Assembly: GCA_013152685.1 (NCBI GenBank)
Contig: JAADFX010000010.1
Coordinates: 1-36,111, forward strand
Reading direction: 5' to 3'
Source: Methanobacteriota archaeon
GTDB lineage: Archaea; Hydrothermarchaeota; Hydrothermarchaeia; Hydrothermarchaeales; BMS3B
DNA length: 36,111 nt
In this document: positions 27,316-35,361 of the stretch, one piece after another
How positions within the stretch are numbered: the first letter of the stretch is position 1
How the letters are laid out: each line of letters begins with the position of its first letter
The notes under the pieces: generated by a model
Told to the model about the DNA's origin: nothing
Database searches by the model: none
The model's input: only the letters and a program-made list of their open reading frames with translations
Made by a program: the position numbers and the translations under genes

Positions 27316-28779
27316 ATGCTGGAGTTGCTGCTACCCGAGCTGGTAATCGCCATCTTCGCCCTGGCGGTGATCTTCATCGACATGACGCTGCGCGAGGATG
27401 ACAAGGAGTTTCTGGGCTACCTCAGCCTCTTAGGTCTCGTGGTGGCCCTCGCCCTGGTGCTGATGCAGGCTAAGTCGGCATACACCTCCCAGCTGCTGGA
27501 TGCGGGTGTGCTCTCGGACCTTATAAGGCTCGACCTCTTCGCCATCTTCTTCAAGCTGGTGTTCCTCCTGGTGGCGCTTCTGGTGGTGCTCGGCTCCCTG
27601 GACGCCACCAGGAAGGACAGGTACAAGGGTGAGTACTACTCGCTGATGCTCCTCTCCACCCTGGGCATGATGTTCGCCGCCATGGCGGTGGACCTGGTGC
27701 TGATTTTTGTGGCGGTGGAGCTCGCGAGCATCGCCACCTTCGCCCTTGCGGCGTACCGCAAGAACCGCCGCACCACAGAGGCGGCGATGAAGTACTTCGT
27801 GATAGGCGCCTTCTCCTCGGGTTTGATAGTCTTCGGAATGTCCCTGCTCTACGGCTTAAGCGGCAGCACCAACCTCTACGAGATAGCGACTGCCCTCCCC
27901 GGTGCGGGTGAGCTGTACTGGGTGATGGTGCTCGGGGTTGTGTTCCTCATCGCCGGCTTTGGCTACAAGGTGGCGGCGGTGCCCTTCCACATGTGGGCCC
28001 CGGACACCTACCACGGGGCTGCATCCCCGGTTAGCGCCTTCCTCGCGGCAGCCACCAAGAAGATGGCCTTCGTCGCCCTGCTGCGCATCTTTGTGGTGGG
28101 CCTCTCGACGCCCGCCCTGCTCCAGGACTGGGCGCTGCTCTTCGGCGTGCTCGCCGCGGTAACCATGACGCTGGGCAATGTGGTTGCCCTGGCGCAGAGG
28201 AACATAAAGCGCATGCTCGCCTACTCCAGCATAGGCCAGGCGGGGTATGTGCTCATAATATTCGCCCTCCTCGCCTCGGAGGCAGACGTCAGCCTGAGCG
28301 TGGGTGCAGGCCTGCTCCACATCCTGACCCATGCCATAATGAAGGGCGGCGCCTTCCTTGCGGTGGCTGCGGCCAGCTACTACGCCATAGGCTCCGAGCT
28401 TGAGGACTTCTCCAACCTGGGCAGGCGCCTCCCGCTGACGGCGCTGGCGATGACCATCTTCCTCCTCTCCCTGGCGGGGATACCCTTCTTCGCAGGCTTT
28501 GTTAGCAAGTTCATGATCCTCACCGCCAGCGTGGCCGCGGGCGGCTTCTACCTCTTCCTGGGCATCCTCCTGGTAATCAACAGCGTGGTCTCCCTCTACT
28601 ACTACGCCCGGGTGATACGCTACATGTACTTCTCCGACAGGGAGGTGAAGCGCGAACGCGAGCCCAGGCTCCTGGCGGCAGCCCTGCTGATAGCCGCCTT
28701 CTTGGTGGTCTACATAGGCGTATTCCCCGACGCCTTCGTCTCCCTCTCCCTCAGCGCCGCCAGCAGCCTGTTCTCCTAG
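27316..28779 (+). CDS. nuoN: Complex I-like antiporter subunit N
   Basis: EAAMKYF, KVAAVPFHMWAPDTY, KRMLAYSSI, SLAGIPFFAGF. Confidence 0.96.
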   Translation: MLELLLPELVIAIFALAVIFIDMTLREDDKEFLGYLSLLGLVVALALVLMQAKSAYTSQLLDAGVLSDLIRLDLFAIFFKLVFLLVALLVVLGSLDATRKDRYKGEYYSLMLLSTLGMMFAAMAVDLVLIFVAVELASIATFALAAYRKNRRTTEAAMKYFVIGAFSSGLIVFGMSLLYGLSGSTNLYEIATALPGAGELYWVMVLGVVFLIAGFGYKVAAVPFHMWAPDTYHGAASPVSAFLAAATKKMAFVALLRIFVVGLSTPALLQDWALLFGVLAAVTMTLGNVVALAQRNIKRMLAYSSIGQAGYVLIIFALLASEADVSLSVGAGLLHILTHAIMKGGAFLAVAAASYYAIGSELEDFSNLGRRLPLTALAMTIFLLSLAGIPFFAGFVSKFMILTASVAAGGFYLFLGILLVINSVVSLYYYARVIRYMYFSDREVKREREPRLLAAALLIAAFLVVYIGVFPDAFVSLSLSAASSLFS

Positions 28780-31154
28780 AACCACCTGCTCAGGCTGGTC
28801 TGGGTGATGCCCTCTTTCAGGTAGTCCCGGGTGTAGCCTATCGCCTCGAAGATGCGCTGTATCGCGGGCAGGATCTGATTGTCTATGTAGTACTCCGGGT
28901 CGTAGTCCTCCAGCCTTGCGAACTCCACCGGAGTGGCGCGCTGTGATATCCCCTTTGTGCCCTTGGTTATTATGTAACCTATAATCATCCCGGGCGCCAC
29001 CTCCCTGCCGCGCTCCTTGAGCTTCTGCGCCGCCACCACGTGTGGTTCAAGGCTCTTGTAGCTCTTTATCCGCTTTGTGAGCTGGGTGTAGATGGTTATG
29101 TCCTCCAGGCTAACGCGGCGCTGGCGTATTCGCTCAATCACATCGCGCACCAGCCTGGCGGCCTTCTCGGGGTCAGCCTCCTCCAGCAGGATGCGGAGCA
29201 CCTCCTTCTGGGTCTCTCTCGCTATGGGCGCCCAGTCGCGGCGCACAAACTCGAGGCCCTTGACCACCATCTTCCCGTCCTCGCTGAGCAGCGCATACCT
29301 CTTCTTTGTGACGAAGAGCCCCCTCCTGTAGAAGCCCTCAAACTCCAGCTCAATTATGCCAGGCATGCTCTCGTTGACCTTCTGGAGGAACTTCTGCGCG
29401 AGCTCGCGCTTCTCGGGCGGTATAACGACGAAGAGCGAGTCGGTGTCGCCGTACACCACCTCCAGCTTGAACTCCTCCTCGGCGATGCGCATGACCTGCT
29501 TGATGTACATTCTCGCAAAGGCTGCCACGCTCTCGGCGCACTCGCGGCGGTACCACCTGGCGCGGGGGTAGCCCATGTAGCCGTAGAAGGAGTTGGCCAG
29601 AATCTTGAGCGCCTTCTCGGCGAAGCTCAGGGTTCTCCTCCTGTCCCCCTCGCTCCTCTTCAGCTCCCGCTTTATCTCTGCTCTCCTCCGGATAAGCTCC
29701 TTCAGAATCGCCGGGATGAAGCCCTCCCTCTCCAGGGAGAAGCAGTACTCAAGCTCCGGAGCGCGGTTCTCCTCGCAGTTGCCCACAATCAGCGTGCTCG
29801 GGTCTATGTTGTGGCTCACTATTATGCTTGGATACAGGCTGCGGAAGTCGAACACGGCTATGTGCTCCACCAGCCCGCGCTTCGGCTCCCGCACGTAGCC
29901 CCCGGCGTAGGTGGCCCTCGCTCTGGCGGCGTACTCCTCTCCGGCGGGGTGGTTGGGAATCAGCTCCCCGCGCGGTGTGGCGTAGCGCATGAGCAGCCAC
30001 TCCACCAGCTGCCCGGAGGTCATCCTGGCCACGTCGTTGAGGCTCTGCCCCACTATCGTGGAAAGCTCGCAGTAGAGAGGCAGGAACTTCTCCGCCAGCG
30101 CCAGGGTTACGCGCGCATCCTCCAGCGCATACCTTGCAAGAAGGGCGCGCTTCTCCCCGCCTTCATCCCAGTAGGTGAAGAGCCTCTCCCCGTCCAGCTT
30201 CTCCTTCTTTATGCCCAGGAGCTCCTCCACCACGCTCTCCAGCACGTAGCTGTTGAGCTTCACGTGCCGCCTCACGATGGGGTAGAGGTCCACGTGGGCT
30301 CTCCCCCTGATTCTCGCCTCGGGTAGCGCGCCCCGCCTGCTCACCTCCAGCTCCGCGTCCAGCCGTCCCAGGGGCAGGGAGATGCCCAGCTTCTTCAGCC
30401 TGTCGCGGATGTAGGGGAAGTCGAAGCTGTCGGTGTTGTAGCCCACGATAACATCGTAGTCGCCCTCTTTAATGAGCTCCGCAAACCTGAGCAGCATCTC
30501 CTTCTCGTCCTGCAGCACCTCCACCTGCTCGAGGCCCTGGACCTCCCTCCAGGTGAGCACCTTCTCCACGCCGTCGCTGGTGGCGACGCTTATCATTATT
30601 ATCTCATCCTTGCTGCTGCGAGGCGCCCCCTTGGGGTTGTACACCTCTATGTCCACCGCCGCCACCCTGAGCTCCGGGGGCTCCTCCTCCAGCTGCTCCA
30701 CACCGCGGAGCAGTGCTCTTCCGTCCCTCTCCTCCACCTCCAGGCGCAGCCAGGTGAGGGGCTTTATTCCGCGGTCTATCAGGTAGCGCCTCACAAAGAG
30801 GATGTCGTGCTCCAGTATCAGGTCCACGCCCTCCACCCGGCGTATCCGCTCCCTTATCCTGGGCACATCCTGGGGGTGGCTAACAGTAATGCGCAGCGCC
30901 ACCCTGGGCGTGCCGAAGAGCCTCTTCTCCTCTATCTCCACCTTCTGAATTGCCTCCGCCGCCCCGGAGGCGAGTATCCTCTCCTTAACCCTCTCCGGCT
31001 CATCCCCGGGAAGCGCGTAGAAGTAGGGCGAGAAGGAGTCGTCGTAAACAACGAAGCTCCCCTCCTCCCCCCTGAGGAAGAGGCGGATGAGCGCGCGGCC
31101 TTCCACAGTCTCGTAGTCGGCGTCTATCAGGAAGCCCTTCAGGATACGGGGCAT
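28776..31154 (-). CDS. polB: Family B DNA polymerase (PolB3 type), intein-free
   Basis: Exonuclease motifs DIE, YNTDSFD, YALED; polymerase motifs DFRSLYPS, KILANSFYGY, YGDTDS; uracil-pocket segment HPQDVPRIR; C-terminal PIP box QTSLSRWF. Confidence 0.97.
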   Translation of the reverse strand: MPRILKGFLIDADYETVEGRALIRLFLRGEEGSFVVYDDSFSPYFYALPGDEPERVKERILASGAAEAIQKVEIEEKRLFGTPRVALRITVSHPQDVPRIRERIRRVEGVDLILEHDILFVRRYLIDRGIKPLTWLRLEVEERDGRALLRGVEQLEEEPPELRVAAVDIEVYNPKGAPRSSKDEIIMISVATSDGVEKVLTWREVQGLEQVEVLQDEKEMLLRFAELIKEGDYDVIVGYNTDSFDFPYIRDRLKKLGISLPLGRLDAELEVSRRGALPEARIRGRAHVDLYPIVRRHVKLNSYVLESVVEELLGIKKEKLDGERLFTYWDEGGEKRALLARYALEDARVTLALAEKFLPLYCELSTIVGQSLNDVARMTSGQLVEWLLMRYATPRGELIPNHPAGEEYAARARATYAGGYVREPKRGLVEHIAVFDFRSLYPSIIVSHNIDPSTLIVGNCEENRAPELEYCFSLEREGFIPAILKELIRRRAEIKRELKRSEGDRRRTLSFAEKALKILANSFYGYMGYPRARWYRRECAESVAAFARMYIKQVMRIAEEEFKLEVVYGDTDSLFVVIPPEKRELAQKFLQKVNESMPGIIELEFEGFYRRGLFVTKKRYALLSEDGKMVVKGLEFVRRDWAPIARETQKEVLRILLEEADPEKAARLVRDVIERIRQRRVSLEDITIYTQLTKRIKSYKSLEPHVVAAQKLKERGREVAPGMIIGYIITKGTKGISQRATPVEFARLEDYDPEYYIDNQILPAIQRIFEAIGYTRDYLKEGITQTSLSRWF

Positions 31155-31176
31155 AGAATAACTATGGCAGTGCAGG

Positions 31177-31200
31177 TATAAAAAAAGTGGGGGAGGCCCC
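31177..31200 (-). terminator. alba terminator (short hairpin plus T7) overlapping the polB TATA box
   Basis: Minus strand GGGG-CCT-CCCC-CAC-TTTTTTT-ATA; the TTTTATA lies about 23 nt before the polB ATG. Confidence 0.55.
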
Positions 31201-31202
31201 TT

Positions 31203-31472
31203 TCACTTGGCCAGGGTTATCTCCATGCTGGACACGTTGATGGTACTCCCGTCCTCCCTGGTTATAGTCTCTGTTCCAATCTCTATGTTCTTCACCTTGA
31301 CCTCGGGCATGAAGCGGTTTCTGACTATCTCTGCGGTGTCCACCGCCCTGGAGATTGCCTGGCCCCTCGCCTTGATTGTAACCTCATTTGCGGTGTTCAG
31401 CTGGGTGGTCACAGCCAGAACGTAGTTCATCACGGGCTTGTTGCCGATATAAACGACGTTGTCCTCGCTCAT
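31203..31472 (-). CDS. albA: Chromatin/RNA-binding protein Alba
   Basis: [34 protein letters not shown]; ATG 31472 after GGAGGAGGT. Confidence 0.97.
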   Translation of the reverse strand: MSEDNVVYIGNKPVMNYVLAVTTQLNTANEVTIKARGQAISRAVDTAEIVRNRFMPEVKVKNIEIGTETITREDGSTINVSSMEITLAK

Positions 31473-31524
31473 GCTATCTACCTCCTCCTTACACATAGGA
31501 GCGGGAGATTTAAATAGATTTCGA

Positions 31525-32007
31525 CTATCCCCGCCTTCTCTCCTCGTAGCTCCTCAGCGCACCCCGGGCGTACTGCAGGAACGCGTCCCTGGGCACGTAG
31601 CCCATCACCCGCTCTATCACCTGGCCGTTCTCGTCGGTGAAGATAATCGCCGGCGGGTACTGCACCCCGTACTTCGGCGGAACCTCCTTGTCCCTGTCTA
31701 TGTTTATGGCCACCAGCACGAAGCGCTCCGTGAGCAGGGAGTTCACCTCGGGGTCGGGGTAGACCTCATCGTGGAGGCGCTTGCAGAACTTGCACCAGGT
31801 GGCCCAGAAGTAAAGAACCACCGGCTTCTGCTCCTGCCTGGCCTTCTCCAGCCCCGCCTCGTAGGAGTTGAGCCAGACCAGGTTTCCCACGTAGGTGTAG
31901 TTCTTGTCGCTCACCACGGGGGTGGTCTTGGCTGAGAGCACTGCGAAAGCCACAATTGCAAGCAGCGCGGCGAGGGTTATCAGGGTCTTGGGGTTTTTTG
32001 TGTCCAT
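31525..32007 (-). CDS. Membrane-anchored or exported thioredoxin-fold protein
   Basis: N-terminal hydrophobic helix; FWATWCKFC; cis-Pro segment YGVQYPP. Confidence 0.88.
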   Translation of the reverse strand: MDTKNPKTLITLAALLAIVAFAVLSAKTTPVVSDKNYTYVGNLVWLNSYEAGLEKARQEQKPVVLYFWATWCKFCKRLHDEVYPDPEVNSLLTERFVLVAINIDRDKEVPPKYGVQYPPAIIFTDENGQVIERVMGYVPRDAFLQYARGALRSYEERRRG

Positions 32008-32016
32008 CCATCCACC

Positions 32017-32484
32017 TCACGAGGGCCAGGGTGTGGGCGTCGGGTCGGCGTACCTTCCCGCATATTTCGCGTCGATTGTAGCACGGATCTCCTGGAGGGA
32101 GTAGCCCCTGCGGTACATCTCGTAGCTCTCCAGCATCTCGTCAACGCAGATGAAGCAGTTTGCTCCGTGCGAGGTAAACCGCCCGTCGTCGCTCAGGAAG
32201 CAGTTGTACAGGCTTTTGTGCCCGGTGGGGAACTGCTCACTGCGCACGTCCTTGCAGCCGCAGTAGCAGGGCACCGCCCTGCCTATCTCAGGGTAGGCGA
32301 CGGCTATCCTGTAGGCGGTGAGCACCCTTTCATTTTTGTAGGCGTAGTCAGGAAGCTGAACCCTGGGAAGCTCCTCCTCCCCGTCCTTCGTGGCGAAGTA
32401 CACAAGCGTTCCGGCGATTACCACCAGCGACAGAATCAGCGCCGGATTTCTCTGCCTCTTCCGGGGCTTCCTCCTCTTCACCAT
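32017..32484 (-). CDS. PCYCGC-domain membrane-anchored protein
   Basis: Basic N-terminus plus TM helix; PCYCGC, GHKSLYNCF, HGANCFIC. Confidence 0.88.
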   Translation of the reverse strand: MVKRRKPRKRQRNPALILSLVVIAGTLVYFATKDGEEELPRVQLPDYAYKNERVLTAYRIAVAYPEIGRAVPCYCGCKDVRSEQFPTGHKSLYNCFLSDDGRFTSHGANCFICVDEMLESYEMYRRGYSLQEIRATIDAKYAGRYADPTPTPWPS

Positions 32485-32532
32485 CTTATCCCTCTCCAGC
32501 GGACTAACTTAACCTTGTCAACTCTTTCGAAA

Positions 32533-32814
32533 CTACCTGGTGCTGATGTAGAGGAGCACCACCAGCGCTACCGTCTCAAAGGCCGACGCGAGCGCATGGT
32601 AGGGCTCGAAGGGGCACACGTCGTAGCCTGAGAAGAGGTAGAATATGCTGGGGCAGGACAGGAGGGCGTTTATGAAGAGCACCACCGCGAAGATAACCAG
32701 CCCCAGGGTAAAGGTGGAGCGCACCTTCCTGTAGTCCTGCAGGTAGAGGTAGATTAGGATTATCAGAAGCACCATGTTCAGAAAGTTTGAGACGGTGTAG
32801 ATGGCGTGGAACAT
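32533..32814 (-). CDS. Small 3-TM membrane protein
   Basis: Three hydrophobic segments; two Cys and a His in the loop between TM2 and TM3; GGAGGTGA upstream. Confidence 0.8.
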   Translation of the reverse strand: MFHAIYTVSNFLNMVLLIILIYLYLQDYRKVRSTFTLGLVIFAVVLFINALLSCPSIFYLFSGYDVCPFEPYHALASAFETVALVVLLYISTR

Positions 32815-32823
32815 ACCTTCAAC

Positions 32824-33123
32824 TCACCTCCCTTTCTTTAACTTGCTTTTCCCAATTTTGCTCCAGATTTCTTCAAGCACGTGGATATTCTCCTCCATCT
32901 GCGGTGACAGAAAGTAGAGCCTCCCATACCTCTCACCCCTGGCAACAATTATCCTGTTCTTCTGGAGAACGCGCAGGTGGTGGCGCACAGTCTTGTAGTC
33001 AACACCCAGCTCCCGGGTGAGCTGATTGGCGTTGTAGGGGCGCTGCTTAAGTAGCCTGAGTATCATTGCACGGGTCTCTCCTCCCCGTGTGCCGGCGAGA
33101 AGCCACCAGAGAAGCCTTTTCAT
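32824..33123 (-). CDS. Winged-HTH (ArsR-like) transcriptional regulator
   Basis: LWWLLAGTRGGETR, PYNANQL, DYKTVRHHL; BRE/TATA GAAAAAC-TTTTAAG about 24 nt upstream. Confidence 0.88.
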   Translation of the reverse strand: MKRLLWWLLAGTRGGETRAMILRLLKQRPYNANQLTRELGVDYKTVRHHLRVLQKNRIIVARGERYGRLYFLSPQMEENIHVLEEIWSKIGKSKLKKGR

Positions 33124-33180
33124 TGGATATCGAATGTTTTTTCAGGCTTAAAAGTTTTTCACCCCGTGGAGCGGCACACC

Positions 33181-33957
33181 CTAGGCGCTCCCCGCGGGAG
33201 TCAGGAGGGGGCAGGGATTCGGGATAGGAGGTGAAAACACATGAGGAAACCTGCCCCACAATCTATATATGAGCCTTCTAATATAAAAAGTTCTGCTAAA
33301 CCCATTTTTATCTAATTTAAAAAGTTTTTCAATCATTTTCTCCAATCCATCGCCCAGGGCACCGCCTCTATCCAGAACAACGGCGCATCCGGAGGATCTG
33401 ACCTCCTCGTACCCCGCTGCCGGTCCGGCCTCAGCCTCTGTTTTTATTATCACGTCCGCCCCGGACTCCAGGGAGGAGTACACGTGGGGAGGGTGCACAT
33501 ACTCGTGCACTGTGAAGAGGAGAACGCCGCCCATGCTCCTGGTGTAGGAGAACCTCTCCCGCAGGCGTTTTATCTGGCGCCTGTCTCCCACCCTGAAAAG
33601 AAAGGAGGAGAGGGAGTTTACAATTATGTTGCTGCTTAGCCTCTGCACGCCCGCGAGGAGGCTGTCCAGCCGCCGGCTGTGCAGCTGGCTTACCCGTCCC
33701 CTGAGCTCGGAGACCTTCCTGTAGTCCTCTATGCCCCAGCAGGTGCCGTCGATGTACAGCACCCGGGACAGCTCCTTCCCCAGTCCCAGGGACTCCTCTA
33801 TTTCCATGGGGCTGACCTCCGTGGTTATGTAGACGGCCTCCTCCCCCCTGCTCACCAGCTGCCCCAGGAGCCGGGCTGCAATTCTCCCCTTTCCCGTCCC
33901 CGGTGCCCCGGTGACCATTATCACGCACCCCTCAGACGGTGGCGGTCCTCCCCGCAT
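33181..33957 (-). CDS. Degenerate KaiC/RAD55-like ATPase; 3' end probably frameshifted, real end near 33333-33368
   Basis: VTGAPGTGKG, VYITTE, IIVNSLS, ADVIIK. The last ~50 codons cross AT-rich promoter-like DNA. Confidence 0.6.
   Translation of the reverse strand: MRGGPPPSEGCVIMVTGAPGTGKGRIAARLLGQLVSRGEEAVYITTEVSPMEIEESLGLGKELSRVLYIDGTCWGIEDYRKVSELRGRVSQLHSRRLDSLLAGVQRLSSNIIVNSLSSFLFRVGDRRQIKRLRERFSYTRSMGGVLLFTVHEYVHPPHVYSSLESGADVIIKTEAEAGPAAGYEEVRSSGCAVVLDRGGALGDGLEKMIEKLFKLDKNGFSRTFYIRRLIYRLWGRFPHVFSPPIPNPCPLLTPAGSA
33188..33259 (-). ncRNA. Candidate small RNA with an anti-SD/anti-start-codon loop
   Basis: Minus-strand TATA TTTTTATATT (33289-33280); stem GGGGCAGG/CCTGCCCC enclosing TTTCCTCATGTGTTTTCACCTCCTATCCCGAATC; second hairpin CTCCC-GCG-GGGAG. 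Confidence 0.5.
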
Positions 33958-34312
33958 TCCTCAGCACCCACTCGATGGTTTTGAAAAGCTGCATCTTCTT
34001 AACGGGCTTGGGCACGTGGGCGTCAGCCCCCTGCTCGAAGCTCCTCTCCCTGTCGCCCACCTCGTAGAGTATTGTGAGCATTATAACCGGCGTGGTGCTT
34101 CCCAGCCTTCTCATCTCCCTCAGCGTCTCCCAGCCGTCCAGCTCCGGCATCATGATGTCCAGCAGGATTAGGTCCGGGGAGACCTCCTCCAGCATCTCGA
34201 GGGCGCGCTTCCCGCTCTCCGCCAGGTACACCTCGTAGCCCCTCTCCTCCAGCATCCTCCCCAGAATCCGCAGAAACTCCGGGTCGTCGTCCACGCAGAG
34301 TATCTTCACCAC
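33932..34312 (-). CDS. Single-domain response regulator (CheY-like)
   Basis: CVDDD, LLDIMMP, VIMLT, PKPV. Confidence 0.92.
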   Translation of the reverse strand: MVKILCVDDDPEFLRILGRMLEERGYEVYLAESGKRALEMLEEVSPDLILLDIMMPELDGWETLREMRRLGSTTPVIMLTILYEVGDRERSFEQGADAHVPKPVKKMQLFKTIEWVLRNAGRTATV

Positions 34313-34363
34313 CGCTCTCCCCGCTTAAAAGCTGGGGGAGGCGGGCTACTTATACTTTATTTT

Positions 34364-35041
34364 TCAGCGCCCAGAAGAAGTTGGCTTCAATTCCGCGACC
34401 CTGCGCAGGAAGCCGTACCAGCTGGAGAGGTTCTCCCCCGTCCTGGCCGAGAGCTGCAGCACCTCAAGCTCGGGGTTAAGCCGCCTCGCGTCCCGCGCCA
34501 TCTTCTCCGGGTCAGCGCCCACAAAGCTCGCCAGGTCGATTTTGTTGATTACCGCAAGCTGCGCCCTGCGGAAGATTCCGGGATGCTTGGCCACGATGTC
34601 GTCGCCCTCCGTCACGCTCACCACCACAACGCGCACCTGCGCCCCAAGCTCAAAGTCAGCGGGGCATATCAGGTTCCCAACGTTCTCCACGAAGATCAGG
34701 TCCAGCTCCTCCAGGGGCAGCTGCTCCAGCGCGTGCCCCACCAGGTGCGCGTCCAGGTGGCACTCCCTGCCGGTGTTGAGGGGCACCACCTCTATTCCAA
34801 GCCTCCTGAAGCGCTCTGCGTCCAGGCTTGCGACGACGTCTCCGGCAATGGCGGCGATGCGGTACTGCTTCAGCTCCCCCACGGCGAGCTCAATCAGGGT
34901 GCTCTTCCCCGAGCCTATGGCACCGCTCACCTCTACCGCCACCACGCCCTTCTCCTCCAGAAGCCTCCGGTTCCTCTCCGCCAGCTCGCGGTTCGCCTGC
35001 AGCAGGTCCTCCTGCACCTCCACCTCACTAACGCGGTGCAT
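34364..35041 (-). CDS. hypB: Hydrogenase nickel-incorporation GTPase HypB
   Basis: GAIGSGKS, ECHLDAH, ENVGNLICP, VTEGDD, NKID. Confidence 0.96.
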   Translation of the reverse strand: MHRVSEVEVQEDLLQANRELAERNRRLLEEKGVVAVEVSGAIGSGKSTLIELAVGELKQYRIAAIAGDVVASLDAERFRRLGIEVVPLNTGRECHLDAHLVGHALEQLPLEELDLIFVENVGNLICPADFELGAQVRVVVVSVTEGDDIVAKHPGIFRRAQLAVINKIDLASFVGADPEKMARDARRLNPELEVLQLSARTGENLSSWYGFLRRVAELKPTSSGR

Positions 35042-35360
35042 CCTCCACCACCTTCAGCCTTTCCAGAAGAAGCTCCTCTCCGGAGAGCACCTCCATTGCG
35101 GAGCCGCATCTCCCGCAGGTAAAGCTCTTTCCGCGCGTGCGGCAGCGCACACAGCGCAGCTCCGCCTCCACAATCCGCGTCTTGAGCTCTGCCCCCTCAA
35201 GGGCTGTGCCCCTGGAGGCTATCTCGAAGGCGAAGCGGAGCTGCTCCGCGTTTATGTGGGTGAGCTCTCCTATCGCTACCTGCACCTCAACCACGCGTCC
35301 CCTCTTAACCCTCTTCAGCGCCGCCTTCACAATTCCCAGAGCCACGCTAAGCTCGTGCAT
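35028..35360 (-). CDS. hypA: Hydrogenase nickel chaperone HypA
   Basis: Starts MHELS at ATG 35360; CVRC and CGRC zinc pairs; SGEEL. Confidence 0.95.
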   Translation of the reverse strand: MHELSVALGIVKAALKRVKRGRVVEVQVAIGELTHINAEQLRFAFEIASRGTALEGAELKTRIVEAELRCVRCRTRGKSFTCGRCGSAMEVLSGEELLLERLKVVEDAPR

Positions 35361-35361
35361 T

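Noticed and set aside
1559-30326. Many long antisense or alternative-frame ORFs (e.g. 1559..2809, 4559..6073, 6864..8354, 16043..17431, 23995..25326, 29040..30326)
   Set aside because: They are shadows of well-supported genes in GC-rich DNA, with no motifs and typical antisense composition.
33222-33240. TCACCTCCT as a 16S rRNA gene fragment
   Set aside because: No flanking 16S helix sequence; only the anti-SD nonamer matches.
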